From: Podarcis tiliguerta
Taxonomy: Eukaryota
Reading direction: 5' to 3' (one strand)
Length of the DNA stretch: 64,000 bases
Assembly: GCA_965153285.1 (NCBI GenBank)
Contig: OZ229115.1
Below the pieces are notes generated by a model, which was not told the DNA's origin, ran no database searches, and saw only the letters and a list, made by a program, of their open reading frames with translations. Each line of letters starts with the position of its first letter. Position 1 is the stretch's first letter. Below are positions 37,747-52,325 of this stretch, one piece after another. Both the position numbers and the translations under genes were made by a program.

Positions 37747-39224
37747 ACTACGATCACTAATGTAATCAAGGTTGAGAGCAATATTGTTGTTGCAATAGGA
37801 TCAAATGTCCAGCCATTAACCAGACCCCCCTACCCTGTACAGTTTAATACGAGGGAGATCATCTGCATATTAACTGTGCAGTTTAATAAGTGGGTGGCAT
37901 GTTCTCATAGTCAAGGGTCCTCTGCCTGAATTACAGCCCCCAAAGTTCTGTATTATGAGGCTGTGAATACTGACAAATTGATGAGCAGAGATTGATGGTG
38001 GGTCACATAAGCCTTGGTTGGGTTTTTTTAAAGTGTTTCATCATAGATAAAAACTACAAATGAAGTACGCACACTTTAGCACCAATGTGGTGCTGTTGTT
38101 GTTGTGATTTATTTTAATACCTGGGCATATAACTATGTGCAGGATGCTTGATGAAGTGAAGACAGAGAAAGGGGAGGCAAATGAATGCAGAGATAGAAAG
38201 GGGAAGAGCATGGGATTGTTTCAATTGCACGTACTTAAGCTTAGTTAGAATGGAGTATGCTGACTAGGGGGATGTTCCAAAGACTTAAAAGTTTGGAGGA
38301 ACCTAGAACCTCCTCCGGCTTTGAGTACATTAGTCAGTTTTCATCTTCTGCAATCTTTTGCTCCATAGGTGATAAAACATGTAGCACCTGGTCACTTGTG
38401 GCAAACTTCCAACAATACCTTCCAGCCCCTGTGACTCCAACAAAATCCCTATATTTGGTATCAAGTTGTTGGGTTTTACTGACCTGAAGTCAACTTTGGT
38501 GTAAAGCAGTCTAAAATCATGTCAGCCATAGGTCCAGCCTTATTATTTTTATATCATCCATATAAAAATCAACATATATATTAGTGAGCATAAATGAAGG
38601 AGTATTAGCTCACTATATGTGAGAAACAATTTCATCATTGCTACTATTTTTCTTCAGCAGGTCAAGAACATAATTGAGGATATCCATGCTTCTTCCACTG
38701 TACCCTTGTCAACATATTTCCTTATCTAATCATGACTTACTACCTATTCCTGACCATACTATTGGTTAGAAAATATAATTTCTCTTATTATTCCATGTCT
38801 GTTTCTTGTCCTCATATAACCCATGTGCTCTGAGGCACAGCCCTCTTTCTGCTTTCACCTCAAAATCTGATGCCCAGATAACACATTTGGGTACAGCATT
38901 TACCAGCCACACAAACCCCAAACACAGAATATATATCAACCTTTGCATTTGCCACCCATCAGCCAGCTATGATATCAGACTCTTGGTATCCTTTCCCACT
39001 TCTCCATCATATGACAGCCAAGGCAACTTTTTCTGTCCTTAAAGCGTGAGTTGGTGTGCCTGCCTAGCTCACTAGACTGCTCTTAGCCACTCCCATTCAT
39101 TTTGATCAGGTATGTCCAGGTGGCTTGTGCCTTAAGGCTAGTGTCTGAGATCCCAGGGTGATTTGATGAGCACTGGAAAGGAGACAGAAGGGTGAGAGGA
39201 TGACATGCATCACAAGATGGGGAA

Positions 39225-39309
39225 GCTTTTAATGTTTGACGTTTTACTATGTTTTTATATGTGCTGTAAGCTGCCCAGAGTGCCTGGGGAAACCCAACCA
39301 GATGGGTGG

Positions 39310-39352
<43 letters not shown>
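39225..39352 (+). repeat. L2 3'-UTR remnant with (ATT)n tail
   Basis: GCTTTTAATGTTTGA...GCTGCCCAGAGTG...CCAGATGGG matches 25921-26010. A similar remnant lies at about 43808-43922. Confidence 0.8.
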
Positions 39353-39354
<2 letters not shown>

Positions 39355-40217
39355 AGATGCAACATGCCTTTGGGAGTGACAGGCATCCTTCAGTGATCAC
39401 TAGGAGGTCCACTGAATTTCGCTTCTCGCCTCTGGTTCCTAGGGATATGCATAAGCCACTTCTTCCTCATCGTCTTTCTAGTGAGAGAGAAATAAGTCAG
39501 GTTATTCACAGGCAGTTCTGGCCACCCTTGTCTTTCCTGTACGCAGCAGGAATGGCCGTGATTGGACATACATGGTCATAACATCCCCACCCAGTGACTT
39601 GGGTGGTGGAAAGCTTTCCAGTGCTGCTCCCTTCCTATGGGCAGCTATCCTTTGGCAACACACAGTCTGTCTCTCACCATGTGCTTGCGCAGTGCCTAAT
39701 TTGGGTGGGCTGTGATCTCAGCCAGGATTACCAGAAACTACAGCCCTATAAATACATTATATTTTCAGAATAACAGCTTGCTAGGGCCTCTGGTCATCAA
39801 AGTGCTTTGTCCAATGCAAGGCCTGTTTATTGAGTGCATCTTGTGCTGCGATAATTACCTTGAAGTACAGGGCTGATAGTTCCAAATTTAAAAGATAGTA
39901 TTATCACAGATTTCTCAATTCAAAGTACTAGAGACATCGGGAGTTCTTAATCAGAAATAGGCTTTAAGCAAATGATCATTAACTCTGTGAGCAGAACCAG
40001 GCTTTTCCGTTCTGTGCATTTTTATAGGCACTATTTTACTGCAGGCCTTTTTTATGAGTTCTGGGATCGTGAGGCTTAAAGAGGGGACACAGCCAGGATT
40101 TGGACGTGGGAGGAACAAAGTGTCAAGCTGAGCAGGGCTCCACATGCACATCTGGGACCATTTAGAGCATATTCTTTGTGCGTGTGGTTTTTTTTTTTTT
40201 AAGTGCTCCAACCGATT

Positions 40218-40376
40218 ATAGAATCATAGAATCATAGAATCATAGAATCATAGAATCATAGAATCATAGAGTTGGAAGAGACCACAAGGGTCATCGAGTC
40301 CAACCCCCTGCCAAGCAGGAAACACCATCAGAGCACTCCTGACATATGGTTGTCAAGCCTCTGCTTAAAGACCTCA
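40218..40376 (-). mobile_element. CR1 LINE 3' end
   Basis: (ATAGAATC)x6 tail, which is the CR1 (GATTCTAT)n repeat on the minus strand, followed by GAGTTGGAAGAGACCACAAGGG. Minus ORF tail LEVFKQRLDNHMSGVL. Confidence 0.88.
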
Positions 40377-42573
40377 AGGCAAGTAGCAGCTCTGCCGAAT
40401 GAAACCCAGCAATGTGAATGTGAGAAGAGTAAGTCAGTTGAGCTTACCTGACACTCCTGGATACTGTGACTGGCCTCAGCATGGGGACGAACAAACGTGG
40501 TGAAGCATGCTGGTATTTTGCCAATTTCAGCATTCTCATACTCTCCAGTCGATGAAGTTTCATGCCGTAACTTTAACAGCCTGTTCCTAAAAAGAGGCAT
40601 CTGCACAGAATCACACCGTAAGCGATTCACACTGGATCAGTTATATTGACTGGTGCGCTGTTGAGTTTTGACTGCAATGTTTTGTATGTGAAAAGGAGGG
40701 CTGCTATATTGGCAGGTACTATTTGAATGGGGAAATGCCCGCAAATTCACTGCTTTGCAGCAGCTGGCTCTGACAGTGCTGCTACTACATTAAAGGAAAT
40801 GGAGACCATAAGCTGAACCACCACATTTCTGTGACCCATAGAGCAACCTCCCTCCCTCCTATGTGAACTTATAGGAGCAGGCAGCTTAGCCTGGCCTCCT
40901 AAACCCGGCACACTAAAGCATACGTAATTCTGCTTCTCATGCTTAAAAAGAAATGGTGGTTTTAAGTTTCACCATTACTTGGAGAATAGACACCCATACC
41001 TTAGAATAGAGCCCCATAAAATGATCATGTAAAAAAACAAAATTGGTGTGTACTTGGGTGCAATACTATTTATGGATAAAGAATATGAAGAAATCCCTTC
41101 ATGAAGGAAACCAGTGTAAATGCACTGATATCACTTATGGGCTTATATCTTCTTTTGCAGTGAGAACTGGATTGCAGTGTAGTGTTCTTCAGCTCAATGT
41201 CCTCTAGAAGGCGCTATATCACTGTGAAATTCACAGTTTTTTTATTCCTCTTAGGAAATAAGCCATTTGTAATTGCTTGATTTGAAGCCAGTTATCGTTT
41301 TCCTGCTCTTAATTATAAAAGTTTTTTTTAATCATTTTAACACAATTACAGTGCATCTTTTTGTGAGAAAGGATGTTTTGTTCAGTATGATGGAATTTAC
41401 AAGTGAAGGACCGTCTCAAAATGTTTTTTTTTTAAAAAATACAAAAATACATCTAAAGAATATTGTTAAGTGTTGAATCCTGTGAAGGATTATGGCATCT
41501 AAACTTGGTATTTGAAAAGTTATTTAATGTCTTTATTAAATAAAATATTTTTAAAAGCATATACATAATAGGAGAAACACTCTGGAAGTTGCAAGGGAAA
41601 GAAACAGGGTACCCAGGGGTGAAACCAGGCTTTATTTCACCCAGGTGAAAGACCCAATCTGGCACCCACATGTGCATTTGCGTACATACACACATAGGCT
41701 AGGAGGCTTCACCTGAGGCAAAAAATCCTGGCAAGCCCCCCGCCCCATAGCTACGAAGGTACCACAGTGATCAGGACTGTATGAAATCACTGAATGACGT
41801 ACATTTGAGTCAGGTCAATTTCAAGTGATCCAATTTACACTGCTTTGGAACATGTTTTTTTAAAGAGCCTGGCTAGCTTTTCAGATACTTTTTAATTCAA
41901 TAACTTTCTAAAGAAATGCCTGAAGTAACTGATATTATAGTTTGAAATCTTGTTTATTGTGTTATATTTTACTCTAAGAAGACACATTTATCCTAAATAG
42001 CACCCAATAAGGCAGACATGTATGTATGAAATATTTTTTTTAAAATGTGATCCCATTGAGATCCCAAGATGAAATATTGCAGGTAGCTCTTAGAAATATT
42101 AAATAATCAATAAAAAAATTTTGAATTTTTAAACTCATATTAATTTTTTTACCGTAATCACTTGTACTTAAATACTTAAAAATGTGTAACTTAAAGTAAG
42201 TCCATCATGTGACATAGCATATTAAAACCCATGAGGTTCTGAAGAGATTGGTGTTTTTAGTTTTGACGTCTCTCAATTGGATGACATAAGGTAAAAAAGT
42301 TGGATCACTTGATATGGAATGACCCAGTACTGCTGTAACAGGGAACTGCAATAACATTGAAATGCATGTGTCTTGTTAACATAATTCACAGAAAAAGGCA
42401 TTTAGTGTTAAATCTTAGTGGCTCCATTCCCCACCCTTTTAAATGCAGTCCTGACCCCCCACTATAGCCAGTGCTAAAACTTCCCTCTATTTCAGCTCAG
42501 GATTGCACCTTGCACAGCGTATGTCAAAAACAAACTCACATACTAGGGACTTCTCAACAAACCAATCCATGTA

Positions 42574-42788
42574 CAGTAGTACCTTGGTTACATACGCTTC
42601 AGGTTACAGACTCCGCTAACCCAGAAATAGTACCTCGGGTTAAGAACTTTGCTTCAGGATGAGAACAGAAATCGTGCAGCAGCAGCGGGAGGCCCCATTA
42701 GCTAAAGTGGTGCTTCAGGTTAAGAACAGTTTCAGGTTAAGAACAGACCTGCAGAACGAATTAAGTACGTAACCAGAGGTATATACTG
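42574..42788. mobile_element. Tc1/mariner MITE, same family as 11069, opposite orientation
   Basis: Shared body TTCAGGATGAGAACAGAAAT...CCCCATTAGCTAAAGTGGTG. Right TIR damaged. Confidence 0.82.
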
Positions 42789-45700
42789 CTTACTTGCCGA
42801 AATGGTTCTAAGAGGCTTACAAGTATAAAAACCAGTTATGAAAGTATTGGCCCCACATAATTAAAATACACAATAAAACAGTTTCATCAAAACATTAAAA
42901 TAAGCACCCATAAATAAAATGTACAATAAAATGCCATTAAAACAGCACTGCTTAAAACCATAAGGAAAGTTCAAATCCGCGTATCAACCAATAGTCTAAA
43001 GTGCCCCAAGGATGAGGCAGATAAATGGAAAGCTCTTTTACAGAGGAAGAAAACTTCCAAGAAACTGGGGGACAGATTTTGACTCAGCGCTCATTGAAAC
43101 AATATGAGTAACCCTCTTTTAAGATTACCGCAAAGCCCTTCCGAGATCTGACAGACGCAGAGCCTCCTACTCTGCTCTTCCTTCCCCCACTCTACATTTA
43201 TAAGAGTGTTTCTGTTTTGACATGGTAATAATGACCTGATGAGAAGAGGCATACTGTGAGGATTAATAACAACTTGACAAGATGTGACTAATGATGATGG
43301 CAGGTTTGTTGAAGAAAACCCAAGTACCTTGGTCAGATAGTGCTGAGGAATGCAGAGGGTGTTTGAAAGTGCACACATGCAGGGCGATGTAGCAGGCACT
43401 AAGGGGGCTCTGACCTTTAGCTGGCTCACTACTCATCAAAACTAGATTCAGGGCAAGATAAACAGAATAGAAGCAGACTGTGAAGGCACTAAGGGGAAAA
43501 AGAGGGGGAATGCTTGAAAACATATGAAGGAGGAGCTAGCCTGATAAGTTGTGCATCCTTTTGCATGGTTTTGTACGATTTGTTGTAATTTGTGCATTGT
43601 GATTTGCTGTTAGTTTGTTGATTATAGATTAGTGGTTCTTTATTGCAATTGATAAGTGTAAACTGTTCAATTATTATTTGCTGTTTTTTAAATTTGCTGT
43701 TTACTGTTGGATTCTAGTAGAATATTGGATATTTATTTGTTTGTTGTAAGTTGTTTATTTTAAAGTTATTGTGACTTTTTATATAGGATCTGATTGTTAC
43801 TATCAATGTTTGATGTATTATTATTATTATTATTATTATTATTTCTGTTGGAAGCTGCCCAGAGTGGCTGAGGCAATGCAGCTGGATGGGTGGGGTATAA
43901 ATAATAATTTATTATTATTAATATTGCCTAATACATTGCCACTGAATTCATGACCCCATTAAAATGGAACGCAGTTGCCAGTCAAAGAGGTAAAGACAAA
44001 AAGCGAGGCCTCACACACTGGCATATGGATAACTTACACTCTTGCACCTAGTGACTAGCCTGACTCTTCCCAGCCAATCAGAAGATGCCTAGGCTGCAAT
44101 TTTCCTGAGGTGAGAGTGACTCCAGGTGTAAGTGTAACTTCACAGCTGTGGAATTTTTCCCAATTAGCATACTGGCCCTCTTTAGCCTTGAAGCCCTGGT
44201 GCTGACTAAGTAACACAGGTGTAATTAACGAGAGTGAGAGCAACTTGCTGAGAGAAAAACTGCTCTCTCCTGCGCTCACCTCTTTACCCAGAAGTCTGCA
44301 TTCCTCAGAGAACCAATGTTTGTAAACAAGGCCTAATACAAGACCCCTCAGTATCTTGACAACAGAGTTTCCTTCCAGAGGTAAGTCCAATTTCGAGCTG
44401 CGTTCCCTGTGAGGGGGATAGATAGACATGTCGCAGGTTTCGTCTTTCCTCAGGGTTCACCTACTGGTTTGAAAGTGCTTCTCTCAGTTGAATGTACCTC
44501 CATCCCCCTTTAAAAAGCAGAATCAACCAAAAAAGGCTTGAGGGGAAAAATGGGCTGGAGATGTTGTCATCAGTTCTGAGCGGTCAATGCTATGCACAGC
44601 CAGTTTCTACCAAGAGGAAACAAGTTCCCCACATCCTGAAGGTGATGCGTCTGGAGGGAAAGCAGTGAGTGGGCTTCCCCATTCAAAATATGCATGCCGC
44701 TAAAGTGAAAACTGGGCTTGATTTGATGTGACTTCAATTGACTTGAAACACTCTCAGACTGTTTGTTTGCTTTCAACACCTTTCCCTCCTCCTGTATGGT
44801 GTAGTAAATGTTCCCTGTCTTGTGGCAAAGTTTCCAGACAAATCCTTTTGTTTAGAAAAGTTTAGGTGATAAGTTTCCGTAGGTACTAATGGTTAGACAG
44901 TGACTTTTTGATACAGAAGTGTTGCAGAATATTATAAGCAGTGGCTCAGATAATGTGTGTTTGGGAATCTTCTCACCTCCCAGCAGATGTAGTCTGGGGA
45001 TCTTTGTGAGAACAGAGGACGTGGATTATTGGGCTCTGTAAGCTTAACAACATTGCAGAGATGCTGTGTCTCCCCTGAAGATCTGTCTGTAGGAGCAGAA
45101 AGTTTTGGCTGTCTGTCGGAATGATTAAGCGCCTTCACCTTTGTTTAATCCGTATATTACAGAATGCCTACCCCTATATTTGATTGTGTGAACAGGGCAA
45201 AATATGACATTTAGGCTGACCACATATCCTACCATACAGTGGACAGGCCTTTATTTGGAGGAGTGCTATATTTAAAGGGCTGTGCAGTCAAAGTCCAGTT
45301 TAAAGATGAAGAGCCATTAAGAGTGGAGAGCAGAGGTCTTCAAGTTGGCCACTAACAGTTAACACTTGGGCAGCACGCAGGTCACCAGATCTGTGGAATT
45401 TATTTATTTCAATTTATTGTCATTATTTCTGAATTTGCAGCGCTGCGTATGAATCAGCATATGCAAATTTGATACAAATGTTTTCCTCTTCTGCCTTTTT
45501 TTAATAATTCATGGGGATACATAAGTGGCCACCCTAACTGCGTGGTAGGCATGATGAAAAAGGGCACACATTGACCAAGGTACATGTCATAAGTCAATAA
45601 CTGACTTCTAATGGACCTCATACTCTCTTGCTGCTGGTGAAACCTTCACCTAAATTCCACAGCTATCATCTTAGCATCTGTCTGTCTTGTTTTAACAGAC

Positions 45701-48700
45701 ACATTGCTTTAAAAACTATGTGTCTCTGGGCTCCTGGTTTCAGACTGACTTGGAAGTGATACTCCTTCCTTCCTTGGCTGATGTGCTCCTGTGAAAAAGG
45801 ACCAGGTTTTTTTGGAGGGGTGGTGGTTGAGGTTTGCATTCATTATACTTTCCATTCAGATTCATTTTCACTTAATAGCACCTTTCATCACAATGATCTA
45901 AAGTGACTTTTTATATAAGAACTACTATTAAAGGAAAATAGGGCGAGGAGAAAGAGAGAGAGAGAGAAGCCAGCAAATGAGACATTTCTGTGCCACTTCT
46001 TACAGACATTTGATTCAACAAGTAATAAAGGCCAGCTGCTTTGTCTGAAGTGTCACAGCAGGGTGGAAACGAGTGTGGAAGAGGAGAGAGCTGCTGGCAA
46101 AGGAAGAGCTCTGCTGAACTCTGCCAGGGTTATTATTAAATGATTAAGTTTTCACAAGAAGAAGAAAGGCTGTCTGCAGCAGTCCCAATGGCTGCAGGAT
46201 AAACAGCTCAAGCCTTCAGCCAGCAGCAGCAGCAGGAAATGGAAAGGGGGCACTACCAGCCATCCTTAGGAAATGTGAGGTTGAACTCAACTTTTTTTAA
46301 AGGAAAGCTTATCTGGGCTCACCTCTCAGTCCAGACAGAGCCACTTGACTCTACATGTGCCCTGTGGAAGGGAGACACACAGCTCCAAATGTGCTGTGGA
46401 CACTTTAATTGTCATGAAGTGAGTCCAAGTACTGGCTGATGTACACCTCCCTTTCAGCCATTGCGGCAGTAAAGCATGTAAACCTGTTTAGCCAGAGGTG
46501 CAGTGGTAGATTTTGAAGTGCAGGAGCATCTTCAGGATGAACACCTCCAGGGAGAGTTCATAGCCTTTCAAAAAATGCAAGCGGCTGCATTGATCATGTG
46601 TTTGTGTGTGTATGTGAGGGGGTAGGAGATGAATATATAAATTGCACATTTGTGTGCAGCATATATCGTGGTCATCCCCAATCTCATGTTCTGGGCTACA
46701 ATTCCAACATCCCTGCTGGTTTGCCAAAGGAATTTGTGGTCCAACCTTCTCCAATCTGGTATTGATTTAGCCTAATATCCAATTTATTCTGGTCAGCTGG
46801 CAGTCATAAAATGGTAAACCGGCAAAAAAGGACTTTGCATGTTGGACTTTGGCTGGGAAGACCTGGCTGGCCATGAAGTTCACTGGCTGAACTTGGTCCA
46901 GTCTTTGAGACTAGTCTACCTCACAGAGCTCTTATTATGAGGATAAAGTGGGGTGTCCCATACCCATGCATGTCATGCTCAGCTCAAGTGCTCTGGCAAA
47001 TGATCACATCACTTCCACTCTGAAAAAGTGTCCTGCAGTTGCATCACCTCACATTTCTCTTCCATGACTACATTCCCATGGCTTTCCACAGGCTAACATA
47101 TATTAACAGCTATTATCAGTACTGTGATAAGGTAAGGGAATAATCCTACTGTGGTGCACACAGTTCAATTTCTCTGCATAAATCATACAAGGTTATTTGC
47201 CACAGCTTTTATCCATCCCTAGAAAATGTGCATCACTTTTAAATGATTATTATAAATTGGGGGAGTGAGGCTAGGCCCAAGGGGTAATCCTAAATAGTGC
47301 TGAATAATATTGTCAGACATCCCTCATTCTGTATAATGTTTTCATATTCCAGGACAAAGTAGCTCCATAAAGCATCATGGATATTAAATCTGGTTCCACA
47401 GAGCAGATCAAAATGTTCTTTGAAGGGTAATGTTTTGTTTAGCTGCCAATGCAAGATTTGAATTCAGGGCCACAGAACCCCACCCCAGACATAAACAAAT
47501 ACAACTGAGCTTATCCTTTCTGCTTTTCATGTGACCGTAACTGAGACCATCTGTGTTAAGAAACAATGTTTTGCCAGGGCTGAGGAATTTATTACCATTG
47601 TTTTTAAGAATAAATTGTGAAATCCATTGCATATTTTAACCATAACAATATACAGGATGTTGCAAGTCTCTCTCTCTCTCTCATTATTATTATTATTATT
47701 ATTAGTTCTTTCTCCACCCTATCCTAAGGGCTCCAAGAGGATTTACAATAATTTAAAAACCAAAAAAATAGAATTGCATGAGGTTGTTTGTTTGTTTGTT
47801 TAAATCCTCATAATGTTCAAAAAGATTTTTAAAAAGTAATAGCTAAACCTGAATTTACACCCTAGCCACAGTGATAGAAACTGTGGTTTTCTAGTAGTTG
47901 AAGTGAAAGATGGAGGCTGCTATTTTGATAATGGTGACATCTGATGAACAGAATGAAAAACTTGGGTGAATGCACAGCATCAGTTCCGCAATGAACATCC
48001 ATGTGGAACTCATTTCCACTTTTGCAAAGATAGAAAATAATGGATACCAGCAAATGATTGATGCTAAATAGAAACAAATCCTCCTAAAAGCACAAAGTGC
48101 CTAAAGCGCCCTTGTAGCACTGGAAATTGACTCAAATGAGATTTAATGTTGGATAATTATTAAAGACTGTGCACAAAATGTAATCCCATCCTCCCACAGC
48201 TTGAAGTACAAGGATGCAGAATCGCCAGACCTCTTACTTGCACATGCTCAGCAAAATAGATTTCAGAATCATGCTCCCCACTTCAGAATGGTTTTCACGG
48301 TTTTCTCTCGTTCTTGTGGTCCCTCCTCTTTTTTGTATTGTGAAAAAACAACAACAGTAATGCTGTCGCATCATGGGATCACATCCTATCTTCAGCTAGT
48401 GTTCTGGTTCCTATATTGCTTTTACTGGTGCTTCAAAATGCAAGAGTTGCCTGAAAGAGAAGAGTGAGTAGCTGGCTAAAATCCTACTACTATTTGTTTC
48501 TCACCAAGAGGTCAGATTAACAGATGAGGGAAATGAGTAGGGAGGCAGGGTTATGGGAGGGAGGAAATGTGCCCCAGGAAACTATGACACTAGCTGACAT
48601 GCAGGTCAGCGAGGTTCCCCTATAACCCCTTTCTCCTTTCTCACAGTAGCAGGAAGATTCATGAAGACTACTCGGAGGCTAGGGATATCTGGCACTGAGG

Positions 48701-49397
48701 AGCAGTGGCGCTGTGAGGGCAGGGCTTTGGGGCAGACATACAGGACCCCCATTCAGCAGAAGGGCACTCAGGTGCAGCATGCACCAGTTTATCACATTTT
48801 GAAGGGAAGGAATACACTTTATGATCCAGAGAGGACCCTTATTCCCACATAGGACCATTAATTCCAACATTTCATAACTATACTATGACTGAGAATTTGT
48901 ATAGCACATAGTCCGTTACAGGGGGTTGGACTAATGTCCCTTCCATTTTGGTCCCTTCCCACTCTACAAGTGTTGAGGTAGACTAGAAAGAGGAGGCTGT
49001 ATCAGGTCTGAGAATGAGGTAAAGGCACATTTAGAGCTGCCATCTGATTTAATGCAAAGTACGGTAACTATAAGCTTCTCGGCATCCCTCATTGCATCCC
49101 ACGTATATAGTCATGGTTGACATGTGTGGCACTGCTATTGATGAAGATATACTTTGAAAAAGAGCTAATTAATTCCATCTTAATCTATCATAGCTGATGA
49201 ATCTCTCTCTCTTGTTACATCCTGCCTGGTTAAACTGGAAGTGTTTAATGCCTTGGTCAGAGAACAGCATAAGGATGTGGCTGAGAATATTGTCCATGGT
49301 TTCTTAATAAGCAGATGTGCGTAATGTAGCCTAACATGTCCTCAGTTGCCATCCTCATCATGAAACTTGTGAGTCATGGCTTACTTGTGTAATCATA

Positions 49398-49437
49398 CAA
49401 TCTCTGAGTGGTGTGAGCAATCTCTGAGTGGTGTGAG
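49398..49437. repeat. Perfect 20-bp tandem duplication
   Basis: CAATCTCTGAGTGGTGTGAG twice. Confidence 0.95.
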
Positions 49438-51221
49438 ATTCTAGGGGTTCCAGGCACTTACTCAGGGTTCAATTACCACAGCAGAGACAGTGGTGTCTTT
49501 ATGATATATGGTTTATTCACACAGATATACAACCTGGGCCTACAGTGGAGGGGTTCACAGTCTTAACGCCCCAAGAGGACCTTGCTTCTCCCATAGCCAC
49601 AGCTTTATATCTGAGGAGAAATCAGCCCTGTGCCTTCCTAGCTTCTTGCCTTACTTTTAGCTTCTACCTCACATACTCTTTGTCATGGAAGGGAAGGTTC
49701 TTGAGAGAAGAATAAAAAATTGGGACTCCAAACAACCTGTTTATTAGGCATTCATCCTTATTCACTTGCACAAACCTTATGATAGACTTGTTGTTGTTGT
49801 TTACCCACCCTTCACCTTAAGGTCCCGGGACAGGTTACAATAATCTAATAAACAATATTTATAAAATTAAAAAAACTCAAAATAAGAAAGAACACAGTCA
49901 TTAAAGAAAACAGGATGGGTCCTAAAAAGACACAAGTCAAGTGTCTGGTCTTTATTGAGCATTTGTTCAGAATATTCATTCTGAATGCATCCTGATTTGC
50001 TTACATAGTTATAGACCTTCCCATTGATCGATCATCCATTCCATACCATACCATTCCATCCAGTCCCCAAATTGGGACAGTATCCCAATTTCAAAAAGTT
50101 ACTTGGTGTTGTTTTTAAGTGGATTTGTTACATCAGGGCAAGAGAGAGCTTTAATCCACTTTAATTGGGCAAGCCAAAATTTCTGGCATGTGCTTGAATC
50201 CATCCCACAGAATACTGAGAGTCTGGAGGTGACCTAGATTGCACCAAGGTTAAAAAAGAAAGGAGGGTTCTTCCTTCTTCTTCCCATAATTCCAAACACA
50301 GTTTGGTCCTCATTTTCCTTCCTACTTGGCAAGTAGGATGGCCAATGCTTGTATTTTGCTTTAATTAAAACAGCAACAACAACACCACTGGTACCTGGAC
50401 AGATCCTGGAACAGATCAAGAGCTGGCCCAAGAAAAGACCTGGAATGTAGCCTGAGCAGGTTTTGGCAGGCTCAAGTTGCACCCAAGGTGTTGATTAAAA
50501 GCATTTGAATGCCACCTTGTATCCAGAGATACATCCCTGACCATTGGCTATGCTGGCTGTGACTGGCAGGAGCTGGGAGTCCTACATCTGCAGGGCCGCA
50601 GATTCCCCGTTGCTATTCTACAATAAAATAAAGAGTGGCTTCTAGTGGATTCAGAGGCAGTGGCCAGCACAAAATCTTACAGTGTAAACCTGTGCATATC
50701 TACCCCGAAATAAGTCCAATAGAGTTCACTATACCTTACTCTTCCAGGTGTGTGTCTGTGTAATCCAGCTTTATTCTACTAGGTATGGAGCTTTAAGAAT
50801 AAGGACGAAAGGATAAGGAAGAGTGGGGCAAAACAGGGGAGGAAACAGCCACCCTTTGCTTTTCTGCCAGCTGACTGGAAAGCAAAAGAATCCAGCCAGT
50901 CCAATTGTTGTTGTTTTTTTCTGGTTGGTTGGCAGCCATATTGGCAGGACTTGCCAGAAGCAACAGCCCAGGCTGCACTAATTAAAGAAGGATTTCTTTT
51001 TTGTGTTAGTGGGCCCTCCTCTCTCCTTCTGGAGTTCTGGGTGGCCGAGTCTCTGGAGCCAATGGAGCAGCCCCAACAGATTATCTAACAGGGCCAATTC
51101 TGTGAAGGGGAAATTCAGAAACACAGGGGGAACCTGGCAACTAGGAGTTGGGGGCATGTGGCTAATCTCATTGCAGATAAGGCCCAGCATGAATGTAATC
51201 ATTCACCCACTGTCTGCTGGA

Positions 51222-51421
51222 TAGAACATAGGAAGCTGCCTTACATCAAATCAGATCAGTGGTCGTTTTAGATCAGTATTTCTACACTGACTGACTGTAG
51301 CTATCCAAGATCTCTCTGTGCGTGTTTTAGTTACGAGAGTCTCTCCTAGACCTACCTGGAGATGCCAAGGATTGAACTTGGAACCATTTGCATGCAAGGC
51401 ACATGCTCTACTAGTGAACTG
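51222..51421 (-). mobile_element. tRNA-derived SINE with CR1-like tail (Squam3-like)
   Basis: Minus strand has a tRNA-like head (GTAGAGCATGTGCCTTGCATGC...GTTCAATCC) and tail ...GGCAGCTTCCTATGTTCT. A related decayed copy lies near 16391-16520. Confidence 0.65.
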
Positions 51422-51737
51422 TTTCACCTTTGTCACAACTTCATTCAGGGCCGGTGATATAATTGGCCCTCCACACTTGCTCTGCTGCAGTTAAACCATT
51501 TGGGTATAAATATATAACCACTCCACCCAATATGATTTTCCTTGGGCTCTTCACAGCCTCAGTAGCACACTATATTATTTACCCTTGCACATAGCTGAGT
51601 AGAGAATTATACCTCTTTTTTCACTTGTGGAGGGCTAAGGCACAGTCCTTATTCCTCTCTCTTCTATTATTATCATTATTATTAATTCAGTTCCTTCCAT
51701 GGTAAAATGCAGTAAACGAGATAATGATGCTTTAGTG

Positions 51738-51873
51738 CAGGCTTCCTCAACCTCGGCCCTCCAGATGTTTTGGGCCTACAACTCCCATGATCCCTAGCTA
51801 GCAGGACCAGTGGTCAGGGATGATGGGAATTGTAGTCTCAAAACATCTGGAGGGCCAAGGTTGAGGAAGCTTG
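51738..51873. mobile_element. Palindromic hAT MITE, 136 bp
   Basis: Nearly whole-length inverted repeat (CAGGCTTCCTCAACCT.../AGGTTGAGGAAGCTTG). Perfect 8-bp TSD CTTTAGTG. Decayed relatives near 7270, 8145, 16920, 35040 and 50530. Confidence 0.88.
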
Positions 51874-51987
51874 CTTTAGTGTGTGAAAAGCAAAAGCATC
51901 TTCTGGACAGTGAAGACAACTCTGGGAATATTGTACTGCAAAAAGCCTTTACAACATTGGGGTTGGATTTTTGTTTTTGTTTTTTTA

Positions 51988-52325
51988 GTAAAAGTAAAGG
52001 TAAAGGGACCCCTTGACCATTAGGTCCAGTCATGACTGACTCTGGGGTTGCGGTGCTCATCTCGGTTTATTGGCCGAGGGAGCCGGTGTACAGCTTCCGG
52101 GTCATGTGGCCAGCATGACTAAGCCGCTTCTGGCGAACCAGAGCAGCGCACGGAAACGCCGTTTACCTTCCCGCCGGAGCGGTACCTATTTATCTCCTTG
52201 CACTTTGACGTGCTTTCGAACTGCTAGGTTGGCAGGAGCAGGGACCAAGCAACGGGAGCTCACCCTGTTACGGGGATTCGAACCGCCGACCTTCTGATTG
52301 GCAAGTCCTAGGCTCTGTGGTTTAA
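51988..52325 (-). mobile_element. Sauria SINE, slightly 5'-truncated
   Basis: (GTAAAG)n tail at the left, body homologous to the 60899 copy, B-box GGTTCGAATCCC on the minus strand. Confidence 0.9.

Noticed and set aside
37742-37747. ATTAAA overlapping the UBE2U stop codon as a polyA signal
   Set aside because: Common hexamer in AT-rich DNA. Cannot be supported without 3'-end data.
49430-49780. Solo LTR on the minus strand (TATA-like and AATAAA motifs)
   Set aside because: I could not define the second end or a TSD.
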